From Eledone cirrhosa (taxonomy: Eukaryota): 64,000 bases of DNA. Every line of letters begins with the position of its first letter. Within the stretch, counting starts at the first letter, position 1. The notes beneath the pieces were generated by a model. That model had not been told where the DNA came from and did not search any database. It saw only the letters and a program-made list of their open reading frames with translations. The stretch covers positions 16,616,001-16,680,000 of the forward strand of contig OZ024753.1 in the NCBI GenBank assembly GCA_964016885.1, written 5' to 3'. Of the stretch, positions 61,986 to 64,000 are shown piece after piece. The position numbers and the translations under genes were made by a program.

Positions 61986-62475
61986 AAATACTTAAATAAC
62001 CAAATTCTTAAGTTCCATTACAAAAATATAAAATCTATTTAATCTGTCTCTGTAGTTCCATCTCATTAATTTATTTAACGAGTTTACCAATAATTACGAC
62101 TTGAATAACTCTGCAACCTCACTAATTAGATCCTCCCCCCCCCTCTCTCGCTCTCTGTTTATGTGTTTATTTTTTCTGTAATTAAAACAGTTTAATTAAG
62201 ATGTTGTTTAAGACAGAGTTAGGTCTGGTTTAACCAGTAGTCCTGTGGTCAGTGGTAGTTTAACTGAGACCATCATGGGGAAATGTGTGTCTGCTTTGTG
62301 TATATATATGTGTGTATAATATATATATGTTTGAGTGTGTATATATGTGTGTATGTATATGCGTGCGTGCGTGCGTGTGTGTGTGTGTGTGTAGAAGTGT
62401 GTGTGTGTGTAGAAGTATGTGTGTGTATGCATGTGTATGTGTGTGTGCTTATATATGTCTGTGCATATATATATA

Positions 62476-62532
<57 letters not shown>

Positions 62533-62560
62533 ATATGTGTGTGCGTGTGTGTATATACGC

Positions 62561-62603
<43 letters not shown>

Positions 62604-62605
<2 letters not shown>

Positions 62606-64000
62606 CATCATCATCATCATTTTACGTCCACTTTTCCCTTCTTGCAAGGGTGGGACGGGTCCTATTCAGCACAGCATCTCTCCACTTGTCACGGTCCTTC
62701 GTCATCTCCACCGTGAGCTTCAGTGATGTGAGGTCTGTTCTCACCACCTCCACCCATGTTTTTCGTGGTCTACCTCTACTGTGTCTTCCTTCTACTGGGA
62801 TTTCTTGGCACTTCTTTACCCAGCGGTCATCCTCCATGTGCATCACATGTCCATACCACCGCAGTCTTCTCTCTCGGACACCACAACTTATCCCTCTTAT
62901 ACACAGTTTCTCACTCAACTCATCTATGCTTGGTCGTTCACTTCACGCACATTGACATTGCACATCCAACGGAACATGCTTGCTTCATTTCTCTCCAACC
63001 ATCGCATATCCTCTGCAGTTGCTGCCCATGTCTCACTACCATGCAGCATAGCGCATTTCATATAACAGGCCTTTCATATGCAGAGAGAAACCCTTCTTTG
63101 TCAACAGAGGAAGCAGCTCCCTAAACTTCTTCCAACCGGTCCTTATTCTAGATACTATGGCCTCGGAACAACCCCCACCCACGCTAATCTGATCACCTAG
63201 GTACTGGAAGCTATCAACCACTTCTATAGAAACACACCTGCATTTGAGAAATGTGTCTTTCTGCCACTTTCATAACCTGATCCATCAGTTTTATGTCCCT
63301 ATAATTACTCTCTGCTAGAGCATTCCCTTTACCTTTGTAGCAATTTATGAGAATACTGCTGCATGAGTCTTTGGGTATGACACTACCATATATAGCTTGA
63401 TTGATGATGCGTGCAACCAGTTTAGTGCCTACTTCTCCTGATGCCTTCAGTATCTCAGCAACTATCCCAGACGGTCCAGCGGCCTTACCATTTTTCATTT
63501 CCTTAATTGCCTCTTGGACCCTATATTTGTCAATCTCAATAGCTGGCCCCTCTGTCGGGTCTACTGGCGGTAGTTTCTCTCCCTCCCAATTGTTCTCCAC
63601 ATTCATCAGTGTCTCATAATGACATTTCCAGGCCTCCTTTTTCAGATCATTAGTGACACTAAGTACACCAGCATCATTTTGGACACATTTATCTCCAACA
63701 ACATCCTGATTTACACTGACACACTGCCTTGCAATGCAGAACACCGCACATCTCTGATCTTCCCGTCGCAGAACATTGGCAAACCTCCTACTCTCCGCCT
63801 CCCTGCGTGCTAAGTACACCTGACGTCTAGCCTTTCTCTTAGCGGCTGTATATTCTTCCCTACTCCCACCCTTTTTCCAAGCCTTCCATGCTAGTCTTTT
63901 GTCTCTAATGGCCTTATCTACTGTTCTGTTCCACCACCAGGTCACTCCCTGTCTTGTTGGAGCTCTGCTCCAGCCACAAGTTTCATCAGTAGCCTGCAGT
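62604..64000 (-). mobile_element. RTE (BovB-like) LINE, 3' part, with the RT core deleted
   Basis: WWWN...KAWK...GKAAGPSGIVAEILK...YKGKG....NYR.IKL...MKVAER joined directly to VVDSFQYLGD...GWKKFRELLP...RRLRWYGHV...GRPRKTW; ends GGACGTAAAATGATGATG; runs off the window. Confidence 0.93.

Overview
Repeat-dominated, AT-rich eukaryotic DNA. The mix of tRNA-derived SINEs with RTE-type (ATG)n tails, RTE/Tx1/Penelope retroelements and very abundant (TA)n/(CA)n/(GGT)n microsatellites suggests a cephalopod (octopus-like) genome; this is an inference. No complete host gene is recognisable, only a few candidate minus-strand exons. Almost all long ORFs in the track are by-products of simple or tandem repeats. 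Highlights: (1) a 592-bp unit repeated about 3.4 times head-to-tail plus a 460-bp inverted copy, inserted in (TA)n. Each full unit carries a type I hammerhead ribozyme (U3-A8 core variant), so it looks like a retrozyme/Penelope-type concatemer copied from a circular RNA. (2) At least five further dispersed hammerhead motifs in short TA-flanked elements, plus several palindromes whose fold-back points lie in hammerhead stems, and a Penelope GIY-YIG relic as a possible partner. (3) A 15.7-kb, 68-bp-unit satellite with higher-order duplications; its unit is a piece of RTE-LINE ORF2 and both flanks continue the LINE reading. (4) Several other minisatellites born inside SINEs or next to CRE-like relics. 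(5) An internally deleted Chapaev3-like DNA transposon with TIRs/TSD, hAT and RTE relics, piggyBac- and Tc2-like MITEs, a Helentron-like element and a 5S rRNA pseudogene.
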